A DNA stretch of 64,000 bases, from the NCBI GenBank assembly GCA_963836075.1, contig CAWIIB010000009.1, forward strand, positions 2,176,001 through 2,240,000, written 5' to 3'. Origin of the DNA: an uncultured Acidobacteriota bacterium. Its GTDB lineage: Bacteria > Acidobacteriota > JAQAZP01. Positions 1 through 9,759 of the stretch are shown here, in pieces. Numbering within the stretch: the first letter of the stretch is position 1; each line of letters opens with the position of its first letter. The position numbers were made by a program, and so were the translations under genes. The notes beneath the pieces are model-generated. The model had not been told where the DNA came from and did not search any database. It saw nothing but the letters and a program-made list of their open reading frames with translations.

Positions 1-1689
1 GCGCCCCACGCCGGCCTGCTGAGAATCGCCGAGACCTTGCTGCTGCACGACCTGCCCCTGGACCGCTGGACCACCATGTCCGCCGATGAGCTGGTGCAGA
101 CCGTCCGCCGGGGCAACCACCCCATGCTCACCCGGTTCGCCCGGGAACTGTTCACCCCCTGGCTGCGGCGGACGGCTCCGGACCTGGTGGGGTTCACCGT
201 CCCCTTCCGCCAGCAGCTGTTCCCCGCGCTGACGCTGGCTGCCGCGGTGCGCCGCGAATCCCCGGAAACCACAATTGTCCTTGGCGGCCACCTGATGACC
301 CAGCAGCTGGGAGACCCCCGGCGCCTGGCCGGTCTCTTCGACCTGGTGGACTATGCGGTGGTGCACGACGGTGAGGAGGCGCTGGCCGAGCTCTGCCGCC
401 TGCTGGAACAGGGGAGTGATCCCGCCGGGGCCGGCAACCTGCTCTGGCGTGACGGCGGAGGCACGGTGCGGCAATCCTCCAGACGGGCCGAGCCGTCTCT
501 CGACGACCTGCCGGTCCCCGATTTCCAGGGCCTGGAACTGGACGGCTACCTCAGCGGGGAGGTGATCTATCCCCTGGAAACCAGCCGGGGATGTTACTGG
601 AACCGCTGCACCTACTGCAGCTACCACCGTGGTGAGGACGGCGCCTGGCGTCCCTTCCCCCTGGAAAGGGTGGCGGCAAACCTGGAGCAGCTCACCCACC
701 GTCACGGAGCCGCCGCGATGATGGTGGTGGACGAGGCCGTGCCGCCACCCCGTGCCCGCAACCTGGCCGGGATCATCGGCGAGCAGGGCCTCGACCTGGC
801 CTGGTATTTCATGGGGCGGCTGGAGAAAGGGTTCACCGCCGACCTCTGCAAACAGCTGGCCGGGGCCGGGCTCTACGGCATCTTCTTCGGCCTCGAATCG
901 GGATGCGATGAGGTGCTGGAACGGATGGGCAAGGGGATCGATCTCCAGGCGGCCCGCGGGGTGCTGGACAATGTGGCCGGCGCCGGTCTGGCCGCGCACA
1001 TCTCCCTCATCGGCGGTTTCCCCGGAGAAACGGCGGAGCAGGCGGCGCAGACCCGCGACCTGGCCGTGGGGCTGGTGCGCGGCGTCCCCGGTTTCACCGC
1101 CAACGCCCACACCTTCCACCTCAACCGCAACTCGGAAGTCTTCGACAACCCGGCCCGGTTCGGTATTGCCGGGGGCCGGGGGGAGGATGGCACGACCCTG
1201 GCCATCCACTTCGAGGCTGAACCGCTGCCCGGTGCGGCAGGGGGCCGCCCGGGCGAGCTGGCCGGGCTGATCAATACCGGCCTGCGGCCGTTTACCCACC
1301 CGCAGATCCTCACCGAGGAGGAGGGGGTGAACTACTTCCTCAACCACGGGCGGCAGGAGTTCCTCCGCCGCTGGGTCCTGGGCACGGCGCCGCCCGCGGA
1401 CACCGGCCGCTTCCGGGCCACCGGTGATGTTTTGCTGGGGCCCCCGGACCAGCACAGCCCCTCGGCCAGCGTGACCCTCTGCCACCTGGTGCGCGGTGTC
1501 CTGGTGGGCGCCCCGGCGGTGGCCGGCCGGGTCCTGGCCCTGTTCCCCGGCGGCCCGGCAGGTGAGACCGCCCTCGACGCCGAAGAGACCTGGGAGCGGT
1601 TGGGCCGGCCCGCCGGCCTGCCGGTCCAGGCGGTGCGTGACATCCTGGCCAAACTCTGTGAGTTCGGCGCCCTGGAAGCAGCGGAATAG
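1..1689 (+). CDS. B12-binding class B radical SAM protein with C-terminal winged-helix (RRE/PqqD-like) extension; 5' end lies outside the window
   Basis: Frame is open from base 1. B12-domain motifs (PDLVGFTV, IVLGG, DGEEAL), ETSRGCYWNRCTYC (CxxxCxxC), FFGLESG, LIGGFPGET. Confidence 0.85.
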   Translation, partial: APHAGLLRIAETLLLHDLPLDRWTTMSADELVQTVRRGNHPMLTRFARELFTPWLRRTAPDLVGFTVPFRQQLFPALTLAAAVRRESPETTIVLGGHLMTQQLGDPRRLAGLFDLVDYAVVHDGEEALAELCRLLEQGSDPAGAGNLLWRDGGGTVRQSSRRAEPSLDDLPVPDFQGLELDGYLSGEVIYPLETSRGCYWNRCTYCSYHRGEDGAWRPFPLERVAANLEQLTHRHGAAAMMVVDEAVPPPRARNLAGIIGEQGLDLAWYFMGRLEKGFTADLCKQLAGAGLYGIFFGLESGCDEVLERMGKGIDLQAARGVLDNVAGAGLAAHISLIGGFPGETAEQAAQTRDLAVGLVRGVPGFTANAHTFHLNRNSEVFDNPARFGIAGGRGEDGTTLAIHFEAEPLPGAAGGRPGELAGLINTGLRPFTHPQILTEEEGVNYFLNHGRQEFLRRWVLGTAPPADTGRFRATGDVLLGPPDQHSPSASVTLCHLVRGVLVGAPAVAGRVLALFPGGPAGETALDAEETWERLGRPAGLPVQAVRDILAKLCEFGALEAAE

Positions 1690-1693
1690 GGGG

Positions 1694-1774
1694 CAGAGGA
1701 CCTGAGGTGTTGCATCCGAGCGACGTTGGAGCGCTTCGCGACCGGAGCTCTGATGCAACACCTCAGGTCCTCTG
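1694..1774. repeat. Palindromic intergenic element (23-bp perfect arms, 31-nt core shared with 43186-43216); may also act as a terminator between convergent genes
   Basis: cagaggacctgaggtgttgcatc (1694-1716) is the exact reverse complement of 1752-1774. Confidence 0.9.
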
Positions 1775-1777
1775 TTT

Positions 1778-4700
1778 TCAGGGAATCAGGCACTCCACCT
1801 CGCAGGTATCCACGGCGGTGTCGCCCGAGGCGGGGTAGTCCGGCGGCTGGTTGTAGGGATACTCGGTGATGTCGTAGGCCGAGACCCGAAAGGTGTTGAC
1901 CCCCACCACCAGCGGGTGGCTGGGGAAAATCCGGCTGATTCCCCAGGGGTAGGTCTGGCCGGGGGCCAGCACCTTCCTGCCTGAGGTCAGGTTGGCCATG
2001 TAGTAGCCGCCGGACAACTGCAGATCGAGCGTGGCGGCCACCCGGCGCACACGGGAGCTGTCGTTGTGGATCAGCGCCTCTATCGAGACGGTGAAGGGCA
2101 GGGTCGCGCTCACCGGGGCACAGGCCATGTCCATGCTGATCGTCTCGTCAGGGCTGATCCAGGAATGGCAGTGCACGCCCTCCACTTCCAGGTCGTCGAT
2201 CAGCCACCCCGATTCGGACGGTGTCCAGCTCTCGTCACAGCCCAGCCGGTAGCGGAGGACCGCGTCGAAGCCGGCAAAGTCGCTGAGGTCCACGTCCACC
2301 CGGGTCGGCGTGGGCCCGGTGGTGCCCGACCAGGCCCTGCGGCCGCCGATGGGGTTGCCCGAGAGATCGGAAAGTTCGTGGGTGTAGCCGCCGTAAGTGA
2401 TCCGGGAGTCGAGGTCGGTCCAGCTGGTGCCCCCGTCGGTGGAGAGTTCCAGCACGCCGCCGTCAACCCCCGCCTCCAGCACCACCTGGTGGCGGAAGCT
2501 GAGCGAGGCGTTGTCGGTCAAGGCGATGGACGGCGTTTTCAGCCAGTTGTCCTTCACGCCGTCCTCGCCCGGTGTGAACCAGGCGTCCGGCGGGCCAACA
2601 GCGCCGATGGACCAGTCCACAGCCCCCTGGTCCAGACCGCTGGTCCAGTCCCCCGGACCATGGGACATGTCGTCGGCGAAGACCACTTCCCGGCCGCCCA
2701 CCAGCAGGTGGAAGCCGGTGCTGGTCAGCCCCTCGGCAGCGCTGACTTCCAGGGTAAAGGGGACCTCTGTCCCGCAGGGGATCGATTCGTCCAGGGCCAT
2801 GCGGAAGTGCGGGCTGTAGCTGGTGCCCACGGTGCCGGCGGCGATATTGGGGAAGCTGCTGTCCGCGGCCCGGATCTCCACCAGAGGATGGGTGGTGGTC
2901 AAGTGGGCGGTGACCTGGCTGGCATAGACCAGGCCGATGTTCCGCAGGGATACCCGCAGCTCGAACAGTTCCCCCGGGTCGGCGATGTAGTCGCGGTTCC
3001 CGCCCCCCGGCAGGTTGTCCAGCACCTGGTGGCTGTAGTGGGTGATGTGGGCGCCGTTGATTTCGATAAAGAACCCCGATTCCCATACGGAAGTTCCGTC
3101 GGAGGCGCTCACCGTGAAGCGCAGCAGTTCGCCGTCCGGGCAGTCAGGCAGGACCCGGATGGTGAGCGGCTGGAGGTTGACCGCGGTCTCGCCGGGTTCG
3201 ATTGGCGGATAGGCCGACTGGTTTGCCAGCACCTCCACCTGGCCGCTACTGCTGGACAGGGTCGCCGTCACCCCTATGGCCGGTGCGTTGCCGAAGTTGC
3301 GCAGGGCCAGCTGAATGTCCACCGTTTCGCCGGGGCTCACCAGGCCGTCCCCATTGCCCCCGGCCGGAGTGTCGTCCACCTGGTGTGCCTGGTAGAGCAC
3401 CCAGGGGCCGTCCGGGGGAACCACCTCAACCAGGCCGTCGAGGAACGGCAGCTGGTCGTGGCGGGTGACGCAGACCGTCAACTGGCCCGGTTCGCCCAGC
3501 GGCTCGGCAAATTGAACCGTGGTCTGGCCTCCCGAAGAGATGGCCCGGCCGAGGAGCACACCGTCCCGGGCCACGGCCACCAGTGCCTGGTCCAGGTTGA
3601 CGTTGACCGTGAGTCCGGTGTCGCCGATGAAGGCCTGCTGGTTGTGGGAGACCACCAGATCGTCTGCCGGGGTGCCGGTCCAGATCTCCATGCTCGGGTC
3701 GCCGAAGTAGTGGTAGACCTCGAACTGGATCCGGTTACGCGTCTCGGTGGGCCACCATTCCTCATTGTCCGGATATCCCGCCCCGTTGGTGACGATATAG
3801 TTGTCATACATCCAGTATTTGCCGAAGGTGAGCACCGCACCCATCTGGTAGAGTGGAGAGGGCAACGGGTTCGACGAACTCCCGTGGGGATAGAAGGGAG
3901 CGAATTGATCCCAGATGGCATCGATAAACCCCTTGATCAACTCGTCGTTGTATCCGGAATAGCTGGTGCGGGTGTCGCCGATTACGCCCACCACGCCGCC
4001 CGCATCGCTGCGCAGCAGCTCTTCGCAAAGCGACTCGTAGGCGAATCCCGGGTGTCCGTCGGTTTCGCCGTCAAACCATCCGCTGCGGCAGTTGACACTG
4101 AGCATCACCGGCAGACGGGAACCGTTGGTCAGATCGGGGATGTGAACCTCGGTGAATTCAGGCTTGATCCAGCCGGAATGAGGGTCGCCCCAGTTAAGAT
4201 CCTGGCCATGGCCCCGGTGGGTGACCAGGAACACGCCTTGATCGTTGATCGCCTGGAGCACCCCTTCGGTGCTTCCGGGAAGCGACCCACCCGCATACTG
4301 GCGGTTGCAGGCATAGCCCGCCGTGGCCAGGTATTCGTGGATCGCTTCGGATGTCCGGATGTAGAACCGGCGGGGGTCATTCTGGGCAGCGATAAGCACC
4401 GAATCGAGCCAGCTGTCACCCGTATACGGTGCCTGTTCGTAGGTCAGGATCTTGTCCACCACCACGGCCGCCTGCTCCACCGTGTCCACCGGGATCCGGC
4501 CGAGGAACAGGTCCGGGAAGTAGTCCTCTTCACCGGAGACCACGTCCAGCACCCCGTAGTAGAGGTCGGTTCCCACCAGCAGCTCGTCGTCCTCGTGGAA
4601 GGTGCGGTAGTGACAGGGCACCGAATCGGTCGCGCCCACGTCACCGAAGAAGAGCAGGTGGCTCAGTTCCTGCCAGTCCGACTGGTAGCGCTGTTCGATC

Positions 4701-5563
4701 CAGGCGGTGATCTCCTCGGCCGTGGTGCCGGTCTCGGCGGTGGTGCGCACCAGGGTGGGGATGCCCCGCCGGTTTTTCCAGTGGGCCAGGCGGAGGGCCT
4801 CGTCAAGGAACACCGCCGGGGTGATGATCAGCATTTCGCACGGCGGCAGTTGCCCGGTGCCCACCGGCGGCCGTCCCAGGGAATCGGCGTTGAGCAGCAG
4901 GGCGCGGAAGAATCTCTCGAAGGCCGGGGTGCGGTGCCGCGGGTCGATGAGGCCGCCATGGCCCCCCCGGAAGAGCAGGCGGACCCGCATCTGCGGGGTG
5001 TAGAGCAGCGATTGATCGACCGGATCGTAGCGCACCGGGTACATTTTGAGCAGGGCCACCCGGCAGCCGCGGATATCCCGCGGCTGTTCCACCTCCACCC
5101 TCCGGGCCGGGAAAATTGCCCGGCTTCCATCCACCGCCGGGTCCGGGGCCCGGAGGTCGATGCCGGGGGACCGGTAGGCCACGGGCCGCAGGCCGGGAAC
5201 CCGGGCTTCCGCCCCGCCGAGGACCTGCACTTCCACGACGGCCCCGTGGGGAACGGCGACATACCGTGCCACGGCCGGCAGTTCCGGACGCCCCTCCTCG
5301 GCCAGTCGGCCGGCCCCGGGGACCAGCAGCCGGTGAAAGGTGTCCTGGCCCAGGGTGACCGGCTGGGGGGCCATCCCGTTGAGCTCCAGGTCCACCACCA
5401 GCCCACCGGACCACTGCTCCACCACTTCCAGGCGCAGCGGCGCCGGATCAGCGATGACCGGGCCGCCGGCCGCGTGGAGTTGCCGCGTCAGAGATGCGAA
5501 GACGAGGAGGATTGTCAGGACCGGAAAGATGAAAAAAAAGTTTTTTCCTCGAAGCGCAAACAT
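1778..5563 (-). CDS. Secreted gingipain-like cysteine peptidase (C25 propeptide + C25 catalytic domain + Ig-like domains + jelly-roll domain + C-terminal domain)
   Basis: ATG at 5563 with GGAG upstream and a hydrophobic signal peptide. GRPELP propeptide motif, PDLFLGRIPV, catalytic-like THRGHG and SVNCRSGWFD, YHYFGDPSM. Confidence 0.85.
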   Translation of the reverse strand: MFALRGKNFFFIFPVLTILLVFASLTRQLHAAGGPVIADPAPLRLEVVEQWSGGLVVDLELNGMAPQPVTLGQDTFHRLLVPGAGRLAEEGRPELPAVARYVAVPHGAVVEVQVLGGAEARVPGLRPVAYRSPGIDLRAPDPAVDGSRAIFPARRVEVEQPRDIRGCRVALLKMYPVRYDPVDQSLLYTPQMRVRLLFRGGHGGLIDPRHRTPAFERFFRALLLNADSLGRPPVGTGQLPPCEMLIITPAVFLDEALRLAHWKNRRGIPTLVRTTAETGTTAEEITAWIEQRYQSDWQELSHLLFFGDVGATDSVPCHYRTFHEDDELLVGTDLYYGVLDVVSGEEDYFPDLFLGRIPVDTVEQAAVVVDKILTYEQAPYTGDSWLDSVLIAAQNDPRRFYIRTSEAIHEYLATAGYACNRQYAGGSLPGSTEGVLQAINDQGVFLVTHRGHGQDLNWGDPHSGWIKPEFTEVHIPDLTNGSRLPVMLSVNCRSGWFDGETDGHPGFAYESLCEELLRSDAGGVVGVIGDTRTSYSGYNDELIKGFIDAIWDQFAPFYPHGSSSNPLPSPLYQMGAVLTFGKYWMYDNYIVTNGAGYPDNEEWWPTETRNRIQFEVYHYFGDPSMEIWTGTPADDLVVSHNQQAFIGDTGLTVNVNLDQALVAVARDGVLLGRAISSGGQTTVQFAEPLGEPGQLTVCVTRHDQLPFLDGLVEVVPPDGPWVLYQAHQVDDTPAGGNGDGLVSPGETVDIQLALRNFGNAPAIGVTATLSSSSGQVEVLANQSAYPPIEPGETAVNLQPLTIRVLPDCPDGELLRFTVSASDGTSVWESGFFIEINGAHITHYSHQVLDNLPGGGNRDYIADPGELFELRVSLRNIGLVYASQVTAHLTTTHPLVEIRAADSSFPNIAAGTVGTSYSPHFRMALDESIPCGTEVPFTLEVSAAEGLTSTGFHLLVGGREVVFADDMSHGPGDWTSGLDQGAVDWSIGAVGPPDAWFTPGEDGVKDNWLKTPSIALTDNASLSFRHQVVLEAGVDGGVLELSTDGGTSWTDLDSRITYGGYTHELSDLSGNPIGGRRAWSGTTGPTPTRVDVDLSDFAGFDAVLRYRLGCDESWTPSESGWLIDDLEVEGVHCHSWISPDETISMDMACAPVSATLPFTVSIEALIHNDSSRVRRVAATLDLQLSGGYYMANLTSGRKVLAPGQTYPWGISRIFPSHPLVVGVNTFRVSAYDITEYPYNQPPDYPASGDTAVDTCEVECLIP

Positions 5564-5761
5564 GGTAAAAAGGACTCCTGTCCCCGGTGGTTCCGGCCAG
5601 CTGGTCACACTTCTGGCGGTTCGATTGCGGCGCCACCGGAAAAAGTGCTGCGAGGTCGCCGGTGCCGCCGGAGTTGCGGGCACGTCAAAACGTGCGATTA
5701 CTGAAGATGTAAAGGGTTTTGAGCTGTCTGTCAACAGAAATGTTGAAAAGAGCGGATTGAT

Positions 5762-5790
5762 TTGACAGTTCAATTTTCAATAACTACATT
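5762..5790 (+). promoter_or_regulatory. sigma70-type promoter for the sugar transferase gene (a weaker divergent TTGACA-17-TACATC lies at 5734-5706 on the minus strand)
   Basis: TTGACA-17 nt-TACATT in an AT-rich divergent intergenic region. Confidence 0.6.
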
Positions 5791-5903
5791 GTCAGTACGA
5801 TTTTCTTTCCCAATTCAAGGTTCCGCCCTGCTCACCCGATATGAGATATGAGTTGAGAAGGGTGCAGTGACGGCGGTGACCGATATGTGTCAGGGGCGCA
5901 GGT

Positions 5904-7070
5904 ATGAGCGAACAACAGGGATGTGCGGCAGCGGCCATGGCGGCCGTGAAAGATCTTCCTGCCCCTCACGCTGCACCCGACATCCCGCCCACCGAAACTG
6001 AGTTTCCCTCTGCGCACGGCGAAGACCAATCTCCCCGGGAATTCGGCTGGTTCATGGAGGCCTTCCACCGGGTTACCGGCCTGTTTCTCTTCCTGGTTAC
6101 TCTCCCGGTCTACCCGCTGATCTGGCTGCTGATCAAGGCCGATGACGGCGGCCCCCTGTTCTACCGCGGAGAACGGCTGGGCAAGGGCAAGCGGCGGTTC
6201 ACAATTACCAAGTTCCGCACACTTCGCGAAAACTCGGAAGAGAAACTCAGCGGCCGGCTGCTGCCGATGGTCAACGGTTTCGAGACCCGCATCGGCCGTT
6301 TTCTCCGGGAAACGAGGATTGACGAGATCCCGCAGTTCTGGAACGTGGTCCGGGGCGATATGCACCTGGTGGGGCCCCGCCCGGTACGCGAATCGGTCTA
6401 CCGCGGGCTCTGTTCCTCGATCAACGGTTTTGACCGCCTGTTCATGGTCAAGCCGGGGATGACCGGTTTTGCCCAGTTCTACACGCCCTACCACACCGAC
6501 AAGCGGATCCGGTTGAGGCTGAACAATATCTATCTGGCGAGGAAATCGGTGTGGCTCGATGCCGCGCTGCTCTCTTCCACCATCTTCGTGGCCGTGCGCG
6601 GTGTGGGACGCCAGTTCCTTCGCCGGTTGAGCGGTGGCCGGCTGGCCGAGTGGAAGCGCGCCGGCGGCGTGGATGACAACCGCCGGGCACTGACCCGCAA
6701 GCCGGTGTGCGGCGATGCCTGGATCTCCTACAGCCTTGGCGAGAACGGCCGGAGCCGGACGGTGAGACGGCGGGGCCAGTTGATCGATGTCAACGAGCGG
6801 GCCGTCGCCTTGCTGACCCGCCGAGCCGTGCCTTCCGAGGCGGGTGAGATGCTGCTGGTGCTGCGGATCTCCCTGCGCCGGGGGCGGGGCCGCAAATACA
6901 AGGTTGCGCGCTGCCGCGGCCGGGTGATCCGCCGGGTGGTTCACGGCGCCGCAGGTCCCCACTCCGACAGCCGCGACTGCTTGAGCGTCATCCGCTTCAC
7001 CCCGGCCAGCGATCTGGACTACTACAAGATCGAGAAATACTTCCTCTGCCGCTCCGTGGCCGACCGTTAG
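5904..7070 (+). CDS. Monotopic phosphoglycosyl transferase (bacterial sugar transferase) with C-terminal PilZ-like domain
   Basis: [37 protein letters not shown]; the tail has RxxxR (RALTR) and DVNERA. Confidence 0.85.
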   Translation: MSEQQGCAAAAMAAVKDLPAPHAAPDIPPTETEFPSAHGEDQSPREFGWFMEAFHRVTGLFLFLVTLPVYPLIWLLIKADDGGPLFYRGERLGKGKRRFTITKFRTLRENSEEKLSGRLLPMVNGFETRIGRFLRETRIDEIPQFWNVVRGDMHLVGPRPVRESVYRGLCSSINGFDRLFMVKPGMTGFAQFYTPYHTDKRIRLRLNNIYLARKSVWLDAALLSSTIFVAVRGVGRQFLRRLSGGRLAEWKRAGGVDDNRRALTRKPVCGDAWISYSLGENGRSRTVRRRGQLIDVNERAVALLTRRAVPSEAGEMLLVLRISLRRGRGRKYKVARCRGRVIRRVVHGAAGPHSDSRDCLSVIRFTPASDLDYYKIEKYFLCRSVADR

Positions 7071-7177
7071 GCCGCGCCCATCCCCGTTTAACCATCTTCT
7101 TCCGTGCGTCAGGCCGTTCGTGTATCATCGGCTTTTTGAATTGGACATTCTGCCCGACCGGCGCCACGGAGACCGAC

Positions 7178-8971
7178 ATGGGGAGCAGCACATCCGCTAT
7201 GCAGAGAAGTGCCGCGCTGCTGCTGGCGATCAGCCTTCTTGCCGGGTGGTTGGCGCCCCTGGTGCTGGCCGCCTGGATCGGTCCGGTGCCTCTGCTGGAA
7301 CCCACCGAGGCCCGTTACGCCGGAATTGCCCGCCAGATGCTCGTCTCCGGCGACTGGATCACCCCGCGCATCAACGGTCACAAACACCTGCACAAACCGC
7401 CGCTGACCTACTGGCTCACCGCCGTCTCGATGAAGCTTTTCGGGGTCAACGAATGGGGGGCGCGGCTGCCCATGTTCCTCTCTTCGCTGGCCGTGGTGGC
7501 CCTGACCTTTGTCCTGGCTCGCTCCATTTTCGGCCGCACCCCGGCGCTGCTCTCCGCTGCGGCCCTCTCCTCGTTCATCGGTTTCCTGGTTCTGTCGCGG
7601 ATGCTGGCCACCGACGCCTACCTGCTGTTCTTTGTCACCGCCGCCCTCTGCTGCGCCTGGCAGGCGCTGCTGGGGCGGTCGCCGAAATGGATCCTCGGCT
7701 TCTGGTTCTGGGTCGGCCTGGGGCTGTTGACCAAGGGGCCGCTGGGGTTGCTGCTGCCCCTGGTGCCGTCGGTGGCCGCCGGCTTTTTTCTCCGCCGCCG
7801 GGCATCCTTCCGCGGCGACGCGCTGCGCCTGCGCTGGCCCTGGCACCTGGCCGGAGTGGCGGTGGCCGCCCTCATCGCCGTGCCCTGGTATGTGGCCGTC
7901 TGCCGCATCACGCCGGCGGCGGTGCCCTACCTGCTGGGCAAGGCGGTGGGACCGGTGGTTTCGGCCCGGGGCATGCACGGCGGGTCACCGGTGTTCTACC
8001 TGCTGGTTCTGCTGGGCGGCCTGTTCCCCTGGTCCCTGTTGCTGCCCCAGGCCTTTGCCCGGTTGTTCAGCCCGGCTCGCGGCGGGTGGTCGGCTCCGCA
8101 TTCCGGAGAGACTGGCGGCGGACGGGAGCGGCTGCGAGCGGCGGCCCTGTTCCTCACCACCGCTTCGCTGGGCTGGATCGGGTTTTTTTCGGTGATCCCG
8201 GCCAAACTGCCGGCCTACATCCTGCCCTGCTTTGTGCCGCTGGCCATCGTGCTGGGGCCGGTGCTGGCCGATTTTCTCGGCGGCGGCCGCCGGGGAATAA
8301 CCGGCCTGCACGCCTCCCTCGCCCTGCTGGCCCTCTCCACCCTCGGGCTGAGCTACTGGCTGCAGGCTAGCGGAGCGTCCCACATACTGGAACTGGCCCG
8401 GGGACACCTCGGCCCCATCGCCATCGCCGGTGCGCTGCTCAGCGTCGGCGGCTTGCTGGCCCTCTCGTTCCGCCGGCCGGCGGTCACCCTGCTCTGCCTC
8501 CTGCTGGCTCCGGCCTCGATCTATACCGTCGCCGCCCACGCCCTGGCCACCACGCCGGGCACCGAGAACTGCCCCCGGGCCCTGGTGGCCGCGGCCCTGG
8601 AGGAGTCGCCGCACGCCAGGGACATCATCTGCCTGCGGGTCTACCTGCACAGCCTCTCCTTTTACACCCGGCGCCGGGTGGTGCTGGTGGACTATCCCAT
8701 GGATATCCAGCTGGAGGATGGATATGCCGACCCGCCTGCCCGGTTCCCGCCGGCCGTGCGCAACTTCTATCACAGCGGTGAGTTTCAGGTCCGGAGGTTG
8801 CTCCACCACTGGAGACGGAGCATCTGGGTCACCCGTGAGGAGCACATGCCCTTCGTGCGGCGCCTGAAGGACGATGTGGTGGAAATCCGGCGGCTGGACG
8901 GGCTGGTCCTTTTCGCCAACCGCCCCCGGGATGGAGAACCGGCTCCCCCGGTGGCGCCGGGCCCACGTTGA
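7178..8971 (+). CDS. ArnT/PMT-family (GT-C) lipid-linked glycosyltransferase
   Basis: EARYAGIARQM..SGDWITPRING..HKPPLTYW, FGVNEWGARLP, LTKGP, KLPAYILP; many TM segments. Confidence 0.9.
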   Translation: MGSSTSAMQRSAALLLAISLLAGWLAPLVLAAWIGPVPLLEPTEARYAGIARQMLVSGDWITPRINGHKHLHKPPLTYWLTAVSMKLFGVNEWGARLPMFLSSLAVVALTFVLARSIFGRTPALLSAAALSSFIGFLVLSRMLATDAYLLFFVTAALCCAWQALLGRSPKWILGFWFWVGLGLLTKGPLGLLLPLVPSVAAGFFLRRRASFRGDALRLRWPWHLAGVAVAALIAVPWYVAVCRITPAAVPYLLGKAVGPVVSARGMHGGSPVFYLLVLLGGLFPWSLLLPQAFARLFSPARGGWSAPHSGETGGGRERLRAAALFLTTASLGWIGFFSVIPAKLPAYILPCFVPLAIVLGPVLADFLGGGRRGITGLHASLALLALSTLGLSYWLQASGASHILELARGHLGPIAIAGALLSVGGLLALSFRRPAVTLLCLLLAPASIYTVAAHALATTPGTENCPRALVAAALEESPHARDIICLRVYLHSLSFYTRRRVVLVDYPMDIQLEDGYADPPARFPPAVRNFYHSGEFQVRRLLHHWRRSIWVTREEHMPFVRRLKDDVVEIRRLDGLVLFANRPRDGEPAPPVAPGPR

Positions 8972-8996
8972 CAGACCGGGGGAGGCCGATTACATT
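8968..8996 (+). promoter_or_regulatory. sigma70-type promoter upstream of the hypothetical-polA-DUF423 unit
   Basis: TTGACA-17 nt-TACATT. Confidence 0.6.
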
Positions 8997-9057
8997 GAAC
9001 GCCTGGCCGGGCGGAGCGCCCGCCCCTGATCAATCACCCACAGTTGGAGATCCGCCG

Positions 9058-9759
9058 ATGACCCTTTTCCAAAGGAACCGACCGGCCGTCAGGACTTTTG
9101 CCGCCGGACTGGTGATCTGTGCCCTGGTCCTGTTCACGGCGGCCCCTGCTCTCATCGCCGACGAGGTTGAGGAACTGATCGGCAGCGCCGGGGCTGCATA
9201 CGGCAGCGGCAATATGAAAATGACGCTCGAGTTGCTGAGCCGGGCGATCACCGATATCCAGAACAAGCTCTCCCAGGCCCTGGCCGGTTTCCTCCCCGGA
9301 GAGGTGGAGGGGTGGGAGCGCAGTGAACCCGAGATGAGCGAGTTCACCTCGGAAACCGGCGGGCTGGTGGTTTTCGGCAACCTCTTTTCCGCCGGAGTGG
9401 AATACACCCGTAGCGAGGGGGAGGGGCGGGTGACGGTGAAACTGACCAACCAGCCGGAGCTCACCGCCATCGCCCGGGCCAACCTGCAGATGCTGGAGAA
9501 CCCCTTCTTCCGGGACAGGGCCGCCGAGGAAGCGGCGGAGACCGGAGAGGTGGTGGAGTCCTATACCCTCGAACCGCTGCGGGGGATGAAGCAGTGGCGT
9601 GAGACGGAGCAGGCCGGGGAGATCGCGCTCTTTGTGGGTGAGGCGCTGCTTCAGGCCCAGGGCACCGGCCTGGAGAGCTTTGCCGAACTGGAGGCGATCC
9701 TCGGCACCGCCGACCTTGACGGGCTGGCCGCCTTCGCCTCCGAGAACCGCACGCCATGA
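9058..9759 (+). CDS. Secreted/periplasmic hypothetical protein
   Basis: GGAG RBS, signal-peptide-like N-terminus, typical codon use; stop overlaps the polA start (ATGA). Confidence 0.75.
   Translation: MTLFQRNRPAVRTFAAGLVICALVLFTAAPALIADEVEELIGSAGAAYGSGNMKMTLELLSRAITDIQNKLSQALAGFLPGEVEGWERSEPEMSEFTSETGGLVVFGNLFSAGVEYTRSEGEGRVTVKLTNQPELTAIARANLQMLENPFFRDRAAEEAAETGEVVESYTLEPLRGMKQWRETEQAGEIALFVGEALLQAQGTGLESFAELEAILGTADLDGLAAFASENRTP

Noticed and set aside
2066-5704. 1212-aa plus-strand ORF
   Set aside because: Antisense shadow of the C25 peptidase; expected in GC-rich biased genes; no motifs. Same for 17460-19355, 48987-50621 and similar.
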